The notes under the pieces: model-generated | What the model was told of the DNA's origin: nothing | The model's database searches: none | The model's input: the letters and a program-made list of their open reading frames with translations, nothing else | In this document: piece by piece, positions 61,521 to 64,000 of the stretch | How the letters are laid out: each line of letters starts with the position of its first letter | How positions within the stretch are numbered: the first letter of the stretch is position 1 | Source: Anthoceros angustus | Lineage: Eukaryota > Plantae > Anthocerotophyta | NCBI GenBank assembly: GCA_010909165.1 | Contig: MU008210.1 | Location: 1-64,000 of the forward strand | Length of the DNA stretch: 64,000 bases | Reading direction: 5' to 3' | Position numbers and translations under genes: made by a program

Positions 61521-63199
61521 CACTACGGGTTCCACGAGTGGGGCGTCAACATCATGCGCATCCCCAAGCTGAGCCCCTTGAAAGCCAGAACTCCCCATGT
61601 CTTGTGCAGCTCCTTCACTCCCCATGTCTTGTGCAGCCCCTTCAATAGTTTCTGCACCCACCAGTAGAGGTGGCACCAGAACACTTTGAGTTACAGCCAT
61701 TACCAATCTTTTTTTGGTGCTAACCTGCCTCTTTGCTCGCCAGGCACGTTTCCAAGTAGCATGCTTGGAGCGTCGGACAGCATCCGCCTCGCTCCCGTTG
61801 CGAGGCGCCATGTCTTCACACACACTGAACCCTTCAACCTTCGCAATCCTTGGCCTCGCCTACTACAAAAAAAGTTTGACACCTGCAGCCAAAGGGCTAT
61901 GGAGTACTCACAACTACTGTCGATGTGACTCTAAATTTCAAAATAGGAATCTCCAACGTATGAGCACTCGAGCACTTCCCAAATCTGAGACACAAGTGTA
62001 AGGACTCGTGAGGAACTTTGGAGGAGAATTTCGTTTCAATCATGTGAGTTGGTGCTTGGGAAGGCTAGGTGCAAGGCCAGGTGGCTTGTGGCAAGGTGAA
62101 GAAGAAGGGCGTGAGCTCGGAGGAGGTGGAAGTCCGCCCAAGAGAAAGAGCGGGAGGAAATTGAGGAAGAAGAGAAGGGAGAAGAAGGTTGGGGCGCAAC
62201 CCAACACTTGTCAAGCTCGTGAGGGTGCCTAGGAGGGTGGAGCGTGGCAAGATTGCTAGGAAACCGTGAAGGAAGGGCTCCTAAATTGCTGTGGCAGGTG
62301 TAAGAGCCCGTGGGGGAATTTTGGTGAGCTTTCTCTTGCAGGAGAAATCGGGGTCACTACGGGTTCCACGAGTGGGGCGTCAACATCATGCGCATCCCCA
62401 AGCTGAGCCCCTTGAAAGCCAGAACTCCCCATGTCTTGTGCAGCTCCTTCACTCCCCATGTCTTGTGCGGCCCTTCAATAGTTTCACCCACGAGTGGCAC
62501 GAGAACACTGAGTTTACCAATCTTTTTTGGTGCTAACCCTCTTTGCTTTCGGGGCCGTTTCAAGTAGCATGCTTGGGCGAGAGCATCGCCTCGCTCCCGT
62601 TGCGGCGATATCTCACACCTGACCTTCAACCGATCCTTGGCCTCGCCTACTACAAAAAAAGTTTGACACCTGCAGCCAAAGGGCTATGGAGTACTCTGAA
62701 CTTCCTGTCAGTGTGACTCCTAAATTTCAAAATAGGAATCTCCAACCCGGTATGAGCACTCGAGCACTTCCCGCGAATACGAGGTTTAAAATTGAAACCA
62801 AAAGTCTCTCTCCTATGGAGGAGAGAGAACATTCATTTTAAATTTCAAAGGCCCCTCTCTCTAGCCGGATCACGAAACAGTGGACAGGGACTCTCTCTCC
62901 CCGTCCAGAGTGTGGTGCCAGCGTCACACATCGAGTGTTAGATTTGCACTTTCATAATTAAATCTCACCACAAATAGTTTCTACCATAAATGAATCTTTT
63001 TTCTCGCTGAATGTTTTTGAGTGCATCTGTTTTGATGGTCACCCTTGCTCTAAAAATTTTCAGACAAATTGGACATCATTTGATCAATCCAAAATTATCT
63101 AAACGGAAAAAGTGGACACATGTGGACATAAATCCGCGTTACGATTGTTGCATACTTACATGGTACACCAAACCATACTTCAACCCACATCTTCAACTA

Positions 63200-63650
63200 T
63201 TGTCGAATCATTGTCTCCTTGCCAGTGACTCCATTCCTTCCTTTTTTCTTTATGCCCCGTAGCTGCTGACAATGCATAGGCCTCCATATCATAGTCATTC
63301 GAAATCCTCTTCTACTGGCGCTGCATGGCTCATCATGTTGGCAAGCTCCTTCAATAACTTCTCCACTTGCCCCATCAACGCTTTCCGTGTGGGAACATGC
63401 CTGTCTTTTTCAGCCTTTGCACTCGCCATCTCCTTTGGCTTGAGTTCCGGGTGAGCCTCCTAGCAAGCTGCTTTGATGTGTTGCTCCTGATCACATTATG
63501 CTCTCCTCAGTATGCGTTTGTGACTGCATCTCCTTTCAATATTTTCTCAGCCACTTGGAACACCTCAACCAACTGATAGGTTTCACCATACAAGGAATGC
63601 ACTGCATCAGCCATCTTTCTCCACTTTGTATGTGGTCCCACGTGTTACGC
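63200..63650 (-). pseudogene. Degraded ORF of unknown type
   Basis: KWRKMADAVHSLYGETYQLVEVFQVAEKILKGD* ... EAHPELKPKEMASAKAEKDRHVPTRKALMGQVEKLLKELANMM. Protein-like but with stops and a frameshift; no motif recognised. Confidence 0.3.
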
Positions 63651-64000
63651 CCTCTCTTCAAAATCCTAAGGGGATATTGCTTCCATATTTGCATTTAAGG
63701 GTTAGGTGGGGCCCCTAACTTCACTGAGATGAGACAAAACTTTGAAGGAGGATTTGGCACACATTGGGGCCTTTCTCATCAGGATCCACGAGGCATTTGG
63801 TCTCCTCTCTTCTTGCTTTGCCGCCCGGTACCTTATTTATTTGCATGCGTCCCTCTTGGCTTAGCTAACGAGGACTTTGACAACCAGGTATGTAGGCGTT
63901 GGATGACATCATCGGCCCAAGTACGAGGGGATTTTATAGAAATATATCAAAATTTGATTCGATGTTATTGATTTATTAAATAAAATAATAAGGTATATCT

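Noticed and set aside
63740-63785. CTGATGAG on the minus strand as a hammerhead start
   Set aside because: No stem II followed by GAAA at the right spacing.

Overview
Repeat-only eukaryotic (plant-like) window: a nested cluster of Ty3/Gypsy LTR retrotransposons of Athila-like type (tRNA-Asp-like PBS after a TTTT(T) spacer, TG...CA termini, no chromodomain). No host gene, rRNA, tRNA or CRISPR is supported. Family labels A-D are mine. Layout: family C LTR (+, 1-2723); family D gag/PBS/LTR piece (-, 2724-6337); family A non-autonomous element (-, ~6338-20470); two family B elements head-to-tail (-): B1 ~20954-39979 with frameshifted gag-PR-RT-RH-IN, and B2 ~42615-59606, an internal-deletion derivative, joined by a garbled 2.6 kb spacer; a 523 bp C-type promoter fragment; a truncated B LTR in the opposite orientation (+, from 60130); and an AT-richer tail. 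The most interesting feature is that the LTRs are giant (about 5.2 kb in B, about 3.6 kb in A once duplications are removed) and modular. A shared ~1.1-1.3 kb promoter/R/U5 core is preceded by family-specific U3 cargo. In B the cargo is a long sense-strand ORF resembling the Athila accessory (env-like/Transposase_32-type) ORF, with a protein-level homologue in the diverged C LTR. Almost every LTR also carries a 0.8-1.75 kb microhomology-bounded tandem duplication, and some patches are scrambled. Copies differ mainly by small indels, so the sequence may be unpolished long-read or chimeric data. All proteins are reconstructed by eye across frameshifts, and the fine-scale rearrangements could be artefacts. 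Coordinates were read by eye and are approximate unless tied to a quoted motif.
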